This document shows positions 26,821 to 41,514 of a stretch of 64,000 bases of DNA, piece by piece (the first letter of the stretch is position 1; each line of letters begins with the position of its first letter). Position numbers and translations under genes: made by a program. The notes below the pieces were generated by a model. That model saw only the letters and a list, made by a program, of their open reading frames with translations. It did no database searches and was not told where the DNA came from. The stretch lies in the NCBI GenBank assembly GCA_951406725.2, contig OX597822.1:32178001-32242000 (forward strand), read 5' to 3'. Source of the stretch: Octopus vulgaris. Its lineage: Eukaryota.

Positions 26821-29110
26821 TGCAGATAACTTTCAGATAAGAGTTTGAGATGTCAAGTGAACACACACATACCTCACTTCACACCAAAATATGTCTCAAT
26901 ATTGTGGCATAGGTAATTTTGATGCATTGAAAAGCAAAGCTAGATTCTGCTGTAAAATATTTGACGAAAAAATGCAATAGGATGCAACAGACAAAATGTT
27001 AATTTAGGAATGTTAGTAAAGGGTACATGATACGTTCAGTAACGATGAAGAGTAATTAGATATTTATGATGTTGCAGTAAAAAGAAAAAAATTCTCTGCT
27101 ACTGTGATTTCTGAAATGGGCGTCTGTGATACATATAACTAATTTATGGTGAAATCTGATAATAATTAATTTTATAACTTTGTATCTCAGGTATCGAATG
27201 GTTAATCGTAAGATCAGAAAACAGAGTGTTGGATGAGATTTATAGAGTACAATAGTAATCTATGACTTAATGATTTCTAGTTGAATTGAGGGAATTGCAA
27301 GGGAATTGAGATGAAATAGAAATAAGAACAGATATACAGTCGTCAATAATCAATATCTCCTACTTGCAGTTTTTCATCTCGACTAAATGTGAATTTAATA
27401 ACTTTATTAAGCGGAATAGAAGTTGTCTTTAATAAGAAGTTATTAATGTATAATTGAATCTGTGCACAATAAGAATACCATGTGATGTATGGAAATATAG
27501 CATTGAGAAAATTTCCTTTAAAATTCTCCTTTCTGTAAATATCAGCTAATAGTTCAGGATCACAGAAGTAGACAATCAATTATGTAACTCCAGTTTAAAA
27601 GTTTGATAAGACTATTCTTATTTAAAATTTTGACGCATTTATACCTAAATGCATAGTGACTGGAAACCGATTGTCAGAAGTTGTGTCAAAGTCATAATGT
27701 CAAAGGTAGAATTGCTCTAAAGAAAGCATTAGATATTTTAACAATATCAGTTTGGAAATTCCTTGTAAATGTCGAAGAGAAAATCGCTTCTTTTGACGTG
27801 ATCAAAACCCTAAAGGGCAATCAGTGTTATGGAAGGATTATAGTTGAAAATTCATTATGATATAAATAATATACTTTAATAGTTTAGATGTTGTACATGG
27901 ACAAAGAGAGAAAGAATTCAGCAAGCATCTTACTAGTGAGAACTGTAGGGTAGCATTAAGCGCAGTCCAAGATGGGGCTTTGATGCAGGTTCCGAATGTG
28001 ATTGATGATATTTCACGACATTTACGCTACTAAAGCCATTGGAATTACAAGTATTATGCAATGTCCAATTTCACCTTTACTAAAGAGAACATCTATGCCG
28101 TTGCTGGACTAACCGACTAGAAATAGCAGTAGCATATTTTTCAACTCACAGTGTACTGCTTTACAAAATATATCCAAAACTGACTTGGGTTATATAATAT
28201 TTGATAAATATTGCATGAAATAAAATAAAAAAGAACTAAATGGCCTTGACTGGAACACTTTTAATTATAGATTTACTCAGTCAAGTTTCAAATACCAACG
28301 TCGTATTGTACATTTTGAACGGATATATGAAAGAACATAGAGTCGCTAGACAAGTTAAAATAGTAGTCAAATCTCTCAAAATGTTCCGCCTATAATTTAA
28401 AAAATATAAGATAATTTGGTATTATAAACATGATATCTGAAAAGCAGATGAAATGGGACAGACTGGAAGGCTTGCAAATTCAGGGTTGACCGAGTGAAAA
28501 ACAACAGCTTATGAAAATTCGTGTAGATAGACTCTATGCTTGCATATTTAATGATTGAAGTTTATTTCGAACGTAGATCAAAAGCTCCTTAATTTATTTT
28601 GTTACATGGCTCCCGTTATGAGTTCAAACGCAGCTAGATCAGTTTTTGCCTTTGACTAATCCGGGGTTGATAAAACAAAGTATTGAAATTGGTATAAATA
28701 TAAATTATCCGCTCGTCTCCAGATCTTTATATTTGATAGAATATGAGAAATCAGTCTTACATATTTGAATACTAGTATGAGCCAATTGACGGTTTCTAAG
28801 CATCTCTGCTAAGCTAGCTGTGTCGTTAAGAAGACCATTTTGCAGGCACCTACAATTGATTTTAGTCCCACTGCGCAGCAACATGAATATACGTCTTCTT
28901 TTTGTATGGATCTACCAAACTCCGATGACTGAATTTCGTTAATGAAATCTGCATCTAAACCATTGATGTGTATGCACGTGCTTGCATGTGTGGTGGGGTA
29001 TCTTTGTGTTTGCTCTCTTCTTGATAAGAGGTGTTGGGTTGGTTTTTTTACTGCGCCGTAATTTAGCGATTCAGTAAAAGGAATAAGTCGATAGGGTACA
29101 GAACCTAACT

Positions 29111-29431
29111 GAAGGCTCGTGGATTAGTTGTTAGGGCATTCGGCTTACGATCGTAAGGTCGTGAGTTCAATTCCCGGCCTCGCATTGTTTTCTTAAGCGT
29201 GATACTTCATTTCACGTTGATGCAGTCCACTCAGCTAACAAAAAATTAGTTGTACCTGTTTCAAAAAGCCAGCCTTATTACACACTGTGTTATGCTCAAT
29301 CTACCTGAGAACTACGTTAAGGGTACAAGTGTTTCTGGAGTGCTCGGCCACTTGCACGTTACTTTCACGTACAGGTTGTTCTGTTGATCAGATCAACTGG
29401 AGCCCGCGTCGTTGTAACCGACGGATTGCCA
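29111..29431 (+). mobile_element. tRNA-derived SINE: CORE-like middle plus gagaactacgttaaggg...gtaaccgacgga tail
   Basis: B-box gagttcaattccc; CORE-like tcttaagcgtgatacttcatttcacg; tail shared with 47228-47611. Confidence 0.8.
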
Positions 29432-29833
29432 AGATAACAGATACTGACTGAAAAATCAGGTACTTACTCTGTTCTAAACTTTTCATGGCGGTGCCTAACA
29501 TGACTCAGTGACTGAAACATTTAAAAGAATATACATGGTTGAAATATTTCAGAATGTATGAATTAGATGATGTTTTTGTCTTTTTAACCAAAATTATGAA
29601 AATACGTTTACCAAGTCATTTTCACAAATAAAGGCAACATTAGGGATATGATATGCTGTTACTGTGAATTTTCTGAGTTAGGAAAGTTGTGTGTATTTTT
29701 TAAATAAATAAATGGATACAGTAAAACATTTATAATTAACATTTATAATTAGTGGTGAAAGTGCAACTGAAGACTTAAGAATTTGGATCTACAATTATGA
29801 GTTACAGAGTTAGATCTCATTGCATTGAGTTTT

Positions 29834-30142
29834 TGTTGTTTGTTTGTTCCTTCTCGAGCCATGCCTGGCTCATAAGGGCCGGTTTCCCGGTTTCTTGGCG
29901 TATAGGTTCCCCACCTGGACGGGGCACCGGTCCATCGCAGGTGAGCTGCAAGATACAGGAGGAAAGAGTGAGAGAAAGTTGTGGCGAAAGAGTCAGCAGA
30001 AGTCTCGCCATTACTTTCTGCTGGAGCCGCGTGGAGCTTAGGTGTTTCGCTCATAAACATACACATCATCCGGTCTGAGATTCGAACCCGCGATCCCTCG
30101 AATGCGAGTCCGCTGCTCTAACTACTAGGCCATGTGACTCCA
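29834..30142 (-). mobile_element. tRNA-derived SINE (family B head, cctgcgatggacc tail) with 11-bp TSD
   Basis: A-box tggcctagtagt, B-box ggttcgaatc; TSD cattgagtttt at 29823-29833 and 30143-30153. Confidence 0.9.
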
Positions 30143-30965
30143 CATTGAGTTTTGAGAAAGTATAGGTAGATTCCGTTTTACTGAATGCTTATCAGTGGAA
30201 CTAGTTGTCGAAAACTGTTTGGAAACCCGCAATTAAATGGTACAGCCTTGTCACACACTGTGTCACGCTGATTCTGTCTGAGAATTATGTGTCTGTTGAT
30301 TGTACAACAGAATACGCATACAAAAAAAAATTCGACAGAGACTCCTTTAGCTTATTACTGATGCAAATAATTTCGTATTTATTAAATTTAGTCTGTATTT
30401 CTTATTCAGCTCATTCTCTTTACGTAATAAACAAAATAAGAAGACAATACTGAAATTAGTTTTTTTCTTAATTACGGAAACGGACGGAAACAATCAAGCT
30501 GATAGTACGACAATTTTCAAGAATGCCTTTAGCTCAGGTAATCCGTAATTCTGGATACCTTTGTTTCAGAAGTTTATTGTACTGAATAAACTATATCAAT
30601 TGTCAGAGTTCCTGATAATGGTTCATTTCTGTAGTTTAGTCATTTTATTTTACTTCAATTCACTTAAGGCAATCCTTGATAAACATCTAAGTGACCCTCT
30701 CTTTTATATCAATAATCAATATTTACAGATGTCCTTGAGCGAATCAATTATCTCTGTCGCTGCCAATAAAAATAAATGCAGTTAATATATTTTTGATACA
30801 AGCTATCTATGATATAAAGATGAAAACATCCGTGTATATTAAGGAGTTAATTTATTTATGGATATAAATTTCTTTCATAATTTAATAAACGACTAGCAGA
30901 GATACCCGGTGTTGCTCAGGATTGAAATGGCATAGTTTGTTCTCTCCTTGTTTCTTTCTGTGTTC

Positions 30966-31001
30966 CTTTCTGTGGAAGAACGTAGTCTCGAAACGTTAAA
31001 G
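30966..31001 (+). ncRNA. Degenerate minimal hammerhead-like motif in a PLE terminal segment (about 30935-31092)
   Basis: cttt-ctgtggaa-gaacgtagtctc-GAAA-cg-tt-aaag; palindromic aacgtt stem III; segment ends at (TA)n. Confidence 0.5.
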
Positions 31002-31090
31002 ACTTTTTCACTTCCAAGAGCGTTATACTAATACATCTGTTTGTTGACTACACCACCTGTCTTCGTCCTTTCTTTTTGTGAATTCTCCCC

Positions 31091-31129
<39 letters not shown>

Positions 31130-31397
31130 TACAGTTATTTTGAAACAGGTAATACGGGAAAATGCAGCATCGACGACAAAATATTTGTGGAGTAAATGAT
31201 GGGATAAATCGACAAAACGGCTTGTCATGCGTCTGTTCGGAGTGTTCCAGCCCTTAACCTGTCCGGAAAAATTGAGTGTAGGCTCTATGTAAATTTTGTC
31301 AATGGATATACTCTCATTTGCTTGCGGTCGGCGCTGCTTGTAACACGACCAATCGTCTGACGTCTTGACACCCCTTTGGGGTTTTCTGTCCTACGTC

Positions 31398-31618
31398 ACT
31401 CTTTTACTCTTTTACTTGTTTCAGTCATTTGACTTCTGCCATGCTTGAGCACCGCATTTACTCGAGCAAATAGCCCCCACAACCTATTCTTTGGAAGCCT
31501 ACTAGTTATTTTATCGGTCTCTTTTGCCGAACCGCTAAGTTACGAGGACGTAAACACACCACCATCAGTTGTTAAGCGATCTTGGGGGGACAAACACAGA
31601 CACACAAACATAGACACC

Positions 31619-31684
<66 letters not shown>

Positions 31685-31842
31685 TACGACGGGCTTCTTT
31701 CAGTTTCCGTCTACCAAATCCACTCACAAGGCTTTGGTCGGCCCGAGGCTATAGTAGAAGACACTTGCCCAAGTTGCTAGGCAATGGGACAGAACCCGGA
31801 ACCATTTGGTTGGTAAACAAGCTACTTACCACACAGCCACTC
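31398..31842 (-). mobile_element. CORE-type SINE family A, nested in Helitron
   Basis: Head-CORE-microsatellite-tail structure matching 63165-63561. Confidence 0.92.
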
Positions 31843-33379
31843 ATGAGGGAAACAATGAAGTGATTGACTTGCCTTTGAAATTTGAACATCGGTGAATATC
31901 CATGTTCAACTATCTCCTTAGATGCACAAGTCAATGTCATTTGAAATGCAGAGTTGTATTGTCTGATATTGTTCAGAAAATCTTAATGTAAATTCCTTCC
32001 AGAAGATCCATAAGATATTGAGGAGGAATTGGTTGTGCTGGCAACGTTATTTTACCGCTGGAACAGCACATTAGTTTCATCCAGAAATTTTAAAGCTTTG
32101 CAGAAATGACAATTTCCATTTAGAACACCAATTTGGACAAAATTATCTTTTTTATAAGAATATGAAGGATCATATCTGAAAGCAGAACTAGGAGTTATGA
32201 AGAACAAATTTTTACGTAGTCTGTTTTAGATAGCTGTTCTATTGGTCCTCTGTCTAATCATTAAAAGGTTGTTTTAATAATTCAGCACGAAGGGCTGTAG
32301 CATGCCTTTCTTGGGCAAGTTTCAACTCCTTTTAATCACGAGTCTCCATCGGACGTGCAGCAGGATTCCTTTGCTGATTTTGAGAAAGTCTCATCTCCCT
32401 TCTCTGTTGAGACTCCATCTGACGTGCTGCAGCATGCATTTGCTGATCTTAGGAAAGTCTCATTTCATTATCACATTGGAATTAAAGGTGAAAGAATAAA
32501 ATTGAAACAACATAGGTTTACCATATTAGAATCAAATGAGAAAGAATGAAAGTCAAACAATATTATATCGCAGTACAATATAGATCTTATATTTTCACAT
32601 TTGACTCGTAATGTCTAACCAATGCGAGCGTTATATTGTTTTAACCCAAAAGAAAACCAAAAAAAATACATGTTGACATTCACAGGGTGTGATACTTTTA
32701 TCGTGTAAAATTTGATTTGATTTGGTCGAGCCGTTTGAGAATACATAGAGATCAGACACAAAGGCAAAGAGCTTTATAAATATAAATTAAACTTGTTTTC
32801 TGTTATCATTTTCAAACCAAAAGCAGACGATGGAGTCATTTGAAAATGAATTTCTTTTCTTTATAATCTAGATTGTCCTGATTTACGTTGCTTTTCATGG
32901 CTACAGTATTGTGCGTTATCATTATTTTTTCCGTTATCTTGTGAATTGTTTGTGTCGATTTTATAAAAAATCATCTAAAGATAAAAGGACATTAAATTAT
33001 GGTTTAATCAGCGAGTGGTTCAACGTGTAATGGATCTAGAGCCATCGCGGTTTGATATTGCATTATATTCCCCATTTCATTTTAATGCCTGTAATTAGGC
33101 TAATCCACCAAGTTGCCTACATTTCCACTCACCACATGGCAACTCTGAACACATGACGCATTTCTTGCTGCCTGTGTCTCCATATCTGACATTATCGAAG
33201 CATTTACGAAAAGCGTCGTGTACATGTTTGTGGCAGAAAATATTTGCTTGAACGTAGAGTATTATGAAACATATTTTGTCTGTTTTAATCTTTGTATTTA
33301 TGGATATCCTGGTAATACCACTTTTCGAAAAAAGGCCAACAATTTTCATGGGAGGGGAGACGTCGATTATATTGATGCC

Positions 33380-33612
33380 TATTTCTTTACTACCCAGAAG
33401 GGGCTAAACACAGAAAGGACAAAGAAGGACAGACAAACGGATTAAGTCGAATATATCGACCCCAGTACGTAACTGGCACTTAATTTATCGACCCCGAAAG
33501 GATGAAAAGCAAAGTCGGCCTCGGCGGAATTTGAACTCAGAACGTAACGGCAGACGAAATACGGCTACGCATTTCGCCCGGCGTGCTAACGTTTCTGCCA
33601 GCTCGCCGCCCT
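33380..33612 (-). mobile_element. SINE family C (Meta/Sauria-like central domain) with 15-bp TSD, inserted in an older family-C copy
   Basis: ggcggcgagctggcagaaacgttagc...gagttcaaattcc...ctttcatcctttcggggtcgataa; TSD gattatattgatgcc at 33365-33379 and 33613-33627. Confidence 0.92.
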
Positions 33613-34836
33613 GATTATATTGATGCCAGCGCTCTACTGGTGCTTATTTTATTGACACCGAAAGAATAAAAGGTTAAGATCTCGTCAGTAGTTTGAAGTA
33701 AAAATTCGGATGAAAAGCTGCTATGCATTTTATCCGACCTGCGGCTTACTAATTTTAATATCCATATGTTTGATGTATTTCCTAATAGACCTATATACGG
33801 ATGAATTTAATTGGGACCATAGATCGAATTTGATTCTCTGTTGTAGCAAGTTCACATCTTTTACACCCCAGGTGTCTTTTAGAAACAGAAGACTGTGACA
33901 AAATATTCCTTCTGTTAACATTTCACCTTGGTGCAGCTTGAATATGAACTCATTAAAACTATAACACACTAAAGAATTATTCTCCCAGTAACGATTATAA
34001 ATTGCAGGCATTCAAAATAATAAAATATTTGGTCATGTATTCATTTTACGAGTTCCTGCTATGTCATGAGTAATACAATCGCATTTATAACATTATAACT
34101 AAAGTCAGTTTCCCTAACTTCAAGAATGCATGAATACTCATATCCACGAACTGGAAAAAGAAATTGGTTAAACTTTGACCAATTCATAGAGCATAATACA
34201 TATTTCTCCTGTTCGACACTTTCTAAAAATCGTGTTTCATTAAAAGTTCGCAAAATTATGACACGCTAAAGTAGTACATCTGTTTTCACTCTAAAACATT
34301 TAAATCTGTTTTAAAACAGCCTCTAAATTTCTAAATAGTGCTCAGCTTGCTTTATCGTTTTCTTTATTTCTGTTTCATGCTGCATTGCACAACCTGTAGC
34401 ATATCAATGGTAAAAGGTTGGCAGGTCTCATTCAACTGCTTTTCATCTCCTAGTGAATGGACCACTGTGAGTGGTTCTCCATGAAAATATTCATATCCAC
34501 CAAAACTGATTCAGAGAGAGAGAGAGAGTGTGTGTGTGGCGGGGTGCAGGGGTGAGAATAATCTGCCTCGGTGCTTGACTGGTATTTTATTACCGACCCA
34601 GAAATGTCGGAAAGGCTGAGTAGATAACGACAGAACTTCAACCGAGAGCTCAAAAATTGGAGCGAATATTTCAAGGCTTCTTCTGCGTTGCTATAACGAA
34701 TTGGGCAATTAATAACGCTTTTGATTTATATGCGATCTCTGCTATCAAATGAACGCATATTCCTATTAGCTTTATAATGCATACACACGCACATATTCCC
34801 TCTCTCTTTCTCTCTCTCTGTCTCTGTTTCTGTGTG

Positions 34837-34873
<37 letters not shown>

Positions 34874-35322
34874 AGAGATCTCTCTCCATCTCCATGAACA
34901 CACATACACATGCATGTGCAAATACATTTATATATCTACGAATATTTTGACTGCGATGATTACAACTTTCCTGAATTTATGAGCTCACTTTGATATAGCA
35001 AATTGACATAACTTGCAATTAAATGCAAGTGAAAGAGGTGGATGACCTGAAGTCTCTTCTAGCTGCACGTAATTTATCTCATTCCCGTCTGGGTAGAAAT
35101 TAAGAGAAACTGGTGCATGTTTATGTTCCAAAATCAACCCACTTAAAGTGTCAGGATGCACACAATATTCATCAAACAAGTAAGCATCGAGATAAAATTC
35201 AAAGGAACAAAATCACAGATTATGTCAAAAAAAAAATCAATTCGATTGTTCAACTTATGATTACATGTGTATTTGGTTTTAATATATCACCTAATTACAG
35301 GACAATATTTTCTCAGGGTGTT

Positions 35323-35762
35323 CAGGCGGCGAGGTCGCCAAATCATTAACACACAACCAAAATCTCTAGCGGCATTTCGTCTATCGTTAATGCTTTGAGT
35401 TCAAGTTCCGCCGAAGTCGACTTTGCATTTCATCATTCTGGGGTCGATGAAATAAGTACCATTTAAACTATTCAACTAACCTGTTCCCTACAACTGCTGG
35501 CTTTCTGCCACATTTGAAATCAATATTTTCTCAAGAATTTAAAGCAGTAAACTGGCAGAATCCTTACACGCCAAGTAAAATGCTTAGTGGTATTTCGTTC
35601 ATCTTTATGTTCTGAGTTCAAATTGTACCGAGGAGAGCTTGTCTTTGCCTTTCACATTTTTGTCGTCGATAAAATGAACAACAGTTGAGCACTGGCGTTG
35701 ATTTGATAAGCTTACCCCGCGTCGGAAATCGCTGGCCTTATACCAAAATTTGAGACCAATAT
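35323..35762 (+). mobile_element. Two adjacent old family-C SINEs with an alternative tail
   Basis: gagttcaa(g/a)tt...ctttgc(a/c)tttca motifs at about 35400 and 35620; tails ...gctggc(c/t)tt..(a/g)cca(a/c)atttga(a/g)a(c/t)caatat. Confidence 0.7.
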
Positions 35763-36110
35763 ATAGTGTGAAACAACCGAGGTTGCTTCGACTGGTATGT
35801 AACTAAAGTAAACAGCAGATGAAATTTCGACTAAAGAGCAGGAAGTCGTTCTTCTATATTTAATTTCTTGAACTCCCTAATACTATCATCATGATACATC
35901 AAATTCAAACAGCCTTCTGTCTAAACTGCTAAAAGTAGCACCCTCAATGTGCATTCAGTTTACTCTCTACAGCTTTGAAGAAGCGAAGAAATATTGCATA
36001 ATGCAGTCATAGAGACTGCTTGCAAAATACATGCGTTTGTCCCATTTGCAATGTCTCCCATCATAGGTCTGCTTCACCAGAGAGCACTTTGGGCAAGACA
36101 GCAACAACAG

Positions 36111-36480
36111 TGTGGAGGCGCAATGGCCCAGTGGTTAGGGCAGCGGACTCGTGGTCGTAAGGTCGCGGTTTCGATTCCTAGACCGGGGCTCCGGGGGTGG
36201 GAAACGTGAACCCCGCTGTACTCTTTCTCCACAACTTTCTCTTATTATTTATTCCTACTTCTGCCACAAAGCAGAGGAAGCATGGTGTAACCCATTATGA
36301 TGTGGTAAACTTTCAGACCCCAGTCTAGATTGCGAATCCTCTGTACCCCAGGATGGTTCAGCTCTCCACCCATTACAAGCCACCATTTAGGGAATGAGGA
36401 TAACAACGTAACTTTCGCGCCCGTGCAACCGCCAGTCTATCGCGTGGGGTGGGTAGATCTTCAAGTTGCCACACGCATTC
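36111..36480 (+). mobile_element. Family B SINE head with a distinct 3' region
   Basis: tggaggcgcaatggcccagtggttagggcagcggactcg...gtttcgattcc; the 3' part matches no other copy here, and the end is uncertain. Confidence 0.7.
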
Positions 36481-38202
36481 TAAGTAGTATAGAGTAGGCT
36501 CGAATTAGAGATTATTCTTTGTGGATAATGGCGGGAGTACTGATTAGAAGAAGAAGGCAGAGAAGAAGAAGAAGAAGAAGAAGAAGAAGAAGAAGAAGAA
36601 GAAGAAGAAGAAGAAGAAGAAGGAGAAGAAGAAGAAGCAACAAAGGTACGTATTTTTTACTCCGTACTTTGAAGTAGGTCACCAATATGAGATATATGTG
36701 AAGAAATAGAAAAAATAATGTTATCACTTAGTGATGACATAAATATTCTATATTTTTTTCTGCTACGTTATTCTGGAATTACACATTTAAACACAACTAT
36801 AGTAAAATTACCGCACATCTGAAAGGAACTACGTAAATGAATTTTATTACAATATTAGCAATTTTCACCAGGAAATTAATAATGTTTTAGATTCCTTTGA
36901 AATAGTCTAGTTCAGAAATTACTAATACAATCTCGAACATTAGATGTTAGAGGTATGCTCCACTTGTTTAAAATTTGACTCATTAGATGAGTCCCTTCGG
37001 TAGACACAGATTAACTAAAGTCGACCAATCACTTAGATAAGTATGGTTGTTCTAAAAGTTTTAAACCGTTTAGTATTTATGTATTAACAACAACACTGAG
37101 ATTCCAGAAATTAGTTTGATATACGACATTTAAAGCTAACCGAAAATTTAATCAAATCAGAAATGTGACACTTAGCGTCCCGTGTAGGGTTTCTGCGAAT
37201 TGGCGTACGATTGTAAATTTTATTGCGAAATAATAATCTAAATACGGATGGGTGTTTAGGGAATCATTTATTACGAATATAATGGAAATTTTGAAATAAT
37301 TCAGTTATCACATACTGTTGCTGAATGCCATTTAATGAGAGTAAACGTATAAACGTATGATTTGTCTTAAATAAAATAATTTAGTTATCCTATACATATA
37401 GGGAATTCGCAGTCTGACTTGAATAAAGGAAAACAAACAAAAACGTGCCGGAGAGTAATCACTCTTAGATGATTCTACTTGTTTTCCCTTCAATATATTG
37501 ATACACTGATAAATGTATCTGTCTGTGAAATAATTTCGTATGGAAATGAACGCATATTTACTCAATAGCATATGAAAGAAAACTCAGTAAATCATGCAAA
37601 AATTTTTGTATTTGTTACTTGTTTTATTATCTGACGCGATTTGAAATTAGAATGTCCAAAGCTGAAAGAAATACCCGAAGAAATACTCTAACGATAATGC
37701 AATTTGATTTTTTTTTTGTTTAGCATATTTACAATGGCTTAATATATTAAAATATGAAGGATTTAAAATCTAATACTTTAGATTAAAAAATCTCTTATTT
37801 TAACAATTGCTGATTTCTTTCTTTATAACTCACAAACAGTAAACGAGGTCTAACAAGAAGGCATGTCAATAGATTGTTCCGCTGATGAGACGACTAGCCA
37901 TAATTTAATGTATTTCTAAAGAATCCAAACGTTGACTTACTAAGAGACGCTACTGATTAACGATTTTTTGATTTACTGGAGAAGGATTATAATAGAAATA
38001 TTTTTGTGCGATAGAAATTCTGGTAAGGTTAACGTACAAAGGAAGACAGACTGGCGGAAAGAGCTCAAGATAAGCAATAATACATTTTTATAATAAAATA
38101 TTTCAACTGTTAAGTTCATATGTGAACACGGCGGCCGAACAGGGGATTTGGAAAGGCTATTATAATTTACTATTGAAATTATGGAAATATAATTTCTTGT
38201 GG

Positions 38203-38531
38203 GGATCTTTTCCTTTTGAACGGCACTTTGTAATATAATTTCTAGGTAACTAAAAAGTTTAAACTTCGTATACTGGTAGAATGTGTTTATAAAACATCAT
38301 TTTTTCTTGGCTTTATTGAGAAAATTCTATATGTTGTAACATATTTCGTCTTTAATTTCGAGCATTTCGGCAATTTTAACCAATCGCTGAGGTCCATTTA
38401 GGTAAATAACATTCTGTGCATAATGAATATGTCCCTCCTTTAAGAAACAGATTCGGTTTATTTACATTTGTGAAGAAAAAAGATACCCTCCCCCACCCCT
38501 AACCCTAACCCTAACGCTAACTAACCCGAAC
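38203..38531 (-). mobile_element. Truncated inverted copy of the telomeric-repeat MITE
   Basis: Reverse complement of about 24455-24826; ends in (CCCTAA)n. Confidence 0.88.
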
Positions 38532-39077
38532 AGCAATCTACCAATGGTGGTGACCCAAACTGTACATTATTTGATAACACTATTGAAACCCTCGACTACA
38601 AGGTTGCTCTAAACTGTGAAATAACTGAGCACAAAAACTGACGTGACCGAACAAGGCAGTGCCTACTTTGGAACATCTATCGTCATTAAGCCATTCCCCT
38701 TCGTAGAAACTGGTATACACATCGCACAAAGCCAGTCACGGCACCAATATGACATATATTTTGTGCTTCATTTAAAACAATCAATCACTGAATTGTTTGA
38801 TTGTTTGCAAACCGTAGTATTACATTATGTGCACTAAGCATTACATGATATGCACTAAGATCTGTTATTAATCAATTAAGATCAGCTTCTCAATTTTCAT
38901 TTTTACTGAAAACGTAAGCCGTTAACAAAACAACTTACGTAAGTAATACCTAGATTACTTGGTGTGTTAGATCATTTGAAGATATACTTAATTGAAAAGT
39001 AACGCAATTTTTATTTAACCACGTAAATACAAATATGTGCGAACGATGACATTTTCGAATGTTTCTTACAAACTTCC

Positions 39078-39153
<76 letters not shown>

Positions 39154-39337
39154 TGTATATATATATATGTGTGTGTGTGTGTTTGTGTGTGCGCGTATGT
39201 GTGCGTGCGTGTGTGTGTTAGAAAAGCAATAAAAGAGACTGACTCTCCCCCAGATACAACAACATATATATATACACGTGTATACATATGTATACATATA
39301 TATTTAGACATATATATATGCATGTATGTATGTGTGT

Positions 39338-39372
<35 letters not shown>

Positions 39373-39736
39373 CATGCATATATGTATTTATATTTGAATA
39401 AGTATATATACACATAGATACCTTATTAAATTTATACATTTATATTTTATTCTTCTATGTCATGCAGCATCTATAGCTTTTTCGTTTGTCTCCTTGGCAT
39501 TTTCTATATATACATGTCTATTTGTGTGCGTTAAGGAGAAAAAGTTTCGCACAGACAGAAAGCCAAGATATGTATGCAGTGACATGTCATATCAAAAGAC
39601 AACTTCGCAATTATTTTGCTGAAATTGACTAGACTTAGACCATATACATTTTTATCTCACATAATATAGTCTTCAGATCAGCCACATCCAACCTGTTACT
39701 CCTACCCTTCAATGCCATTCTAAAAATATATCATTA

Positions 39737-39946
39737 CAGTAATCCCTCGCCGTATCGTAGTTTACCTATCGCAGTTTATTATTTAAGCTTACGTTGATTG
39801 CTCTGTTGTTCTGTTTTGCATTTGAAATTAAATAAATATATACAAATTATTTATATAATTCAAAAAATATATACAGTACAGTACTGTTTATACTTCGCGG
39901 ATTTTCACCTATCGCGGGGTGTTTTGGAACGTATCACCCGCGATAG
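39737..39946. mobile_element. Tigger/pogo-like MITE remnant
   Basis: ta|cagtaatccctcg terminus and internal ttcacctatcgcgg repeats. Confidence 0.55.
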
Positions 39947-41280
39947 TCGTCATTTTGAAATTTCAAAGCTCTGAGATAATACATAATTTATTCAAAACAA
40001 TGTTAATAAATAAGCATTATATTTCATAGAATTGTCTGAATGCTAAAGGATTAAGGCGTCTATGTTTTCTACCTATACATTCTGATATGATGAAAATAAT
40101 GAATGGTATGGTTAGATAGCAAAGAGGGATAAGCATAGTTAGAAGAGACATGCTAGGAATAGCTGTAGAGACTTAATGCTGTGGTATAAGAGAAAACGAT
40201 ATCAAAGTTATCTAGCATGTATATATGTTTGTATTAGAAGGTAATCAAACTGTAAGGATGAAAGAAAGATGTGTAGTGGTCGATATCAGCTATAGATCTT
40301 CGGTTGAATTATGTCATATCGAATGACATTCCGTCAGTAAATACAGAACTTTATGCATTTCAGATAATTACATTCCTCGAAGCTACGCTTACATACTTTA
40401 CTGAGCAAAGATTGATGTCCAGATATCGAGAATATAGATGTGGAGCTACGTCTATAAATCGAAGATTTTAATGAGTATTTGATGGTCTCTAGCGAAGGTG
40501 GATTCATTTACGTTTCAAGAGAAATAATATAGTCGGCATGGGCATTTTTGCGAACGCCTGTATATTGGCAAAAACACACACACACAAACACTCACTCGCT
40601 CACTCACTCAAATACCACCGCTACCGCCACGTCCGCCACCACAACACACAAACAAACATACACATGCACGCACGCGAACAGAACACGCAGAAGAACATTT
40701 CTTTACTTGGACCTAGGATGTTGTCATCTTAAATCTCTAGGTACTATCATCCAAGGGTGAACTCGCAAACCATTATGCAACCCGATTCGGAATCAACAGG
40801 TTCTTTTATCTTGTGGGTTATACATACATGATTGCCGAGCAGATTATAGTCGTTGCTTGCTTTGGTATTTTTTGTTAATTTATTGTTGTTGTAATTGTAT
40901 CGCTTTTACACGGTCGACTTATGTATAAACGCTAGGTAATACAGGTTTTCCCTAGATATTCACTCTGAGTGTAGGGTAACTTTAACCTATTCTCCATAAA
41001 GTTGATCACAATTACAGAACTGATTTTTAAAATATGAACACATCGCAGATTTAACAACAGTCAATTTAATACAAATAGATGAAAGTTTGTCTCGAGATTA
41101 CTAGGGCACCAAAATCACTGCGCTTTACAAAAATGGAAACATATGCCTGGAAAAAAATATCGTTGAATATAATATAAAGCCTCGAGCAATCTACAATCTA
41201 GACTGGTAATCCTCATTAACCCCCAAAACGCACAAGAATCTCTATGTGGTTCTGTATCTGGAAGAAATTCCATTTATATT

Positions 41281-41514
41281 TATTTCTTTACTGTCCACAA
41301 GGGGCTAAACATAGAGGGGACAAACAAGGACAGACAAAAGGGATTAAGTCGATTACATCGACCCCAGTGCGAAACTGGTACTTTATTTTATCGACCCCGG
41401 AAGGATGAAAGGCAAAGTCGACCTCAGCGGATTTTGAACTCAGAACGTAACAACAGACGAAATACAGCTAAGCATTTCGCCCGGCGTGCTAACGTTTCTG
41501 CCAGCTCGCCGCCC
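41281..41514 (-). mobile_element. SINE family C with 13-bp TSD
   Basis: TSD ttccatttatatt at 41268-41280 and 41515-41527. Confidence 0.93.

Larger units (their letters stand above)
30893..32786 (-). mobile_element. Internally deleted Helitron carrying a RepHel N-terminal pseudogene, with nested PLE end and SINE
   Basis: 3' hairpin cctgagcaacaccggg plus CTAG|T. 31850-32470 translates to ESQQRREMRL repeats, AFRYDP..IG...CHFCKALKF..MCCSSGKITLP...FLNNIRQYNSAFQMT...MFKFQRQVNH. Confidence 0.88.

Noticed and set aside
34985-35185. Protein-like ORF (-) and a possible spliced exon (+, donor gtaagc at 35180)
   Set aside because: All plus frames have stops, the minus ORF has a stop just upstream, and I recognise no homology.
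37872-37900. CTGATGA hammerhead core (also at 50869)
   Set aside because: No downstream stem II plus GAAA.
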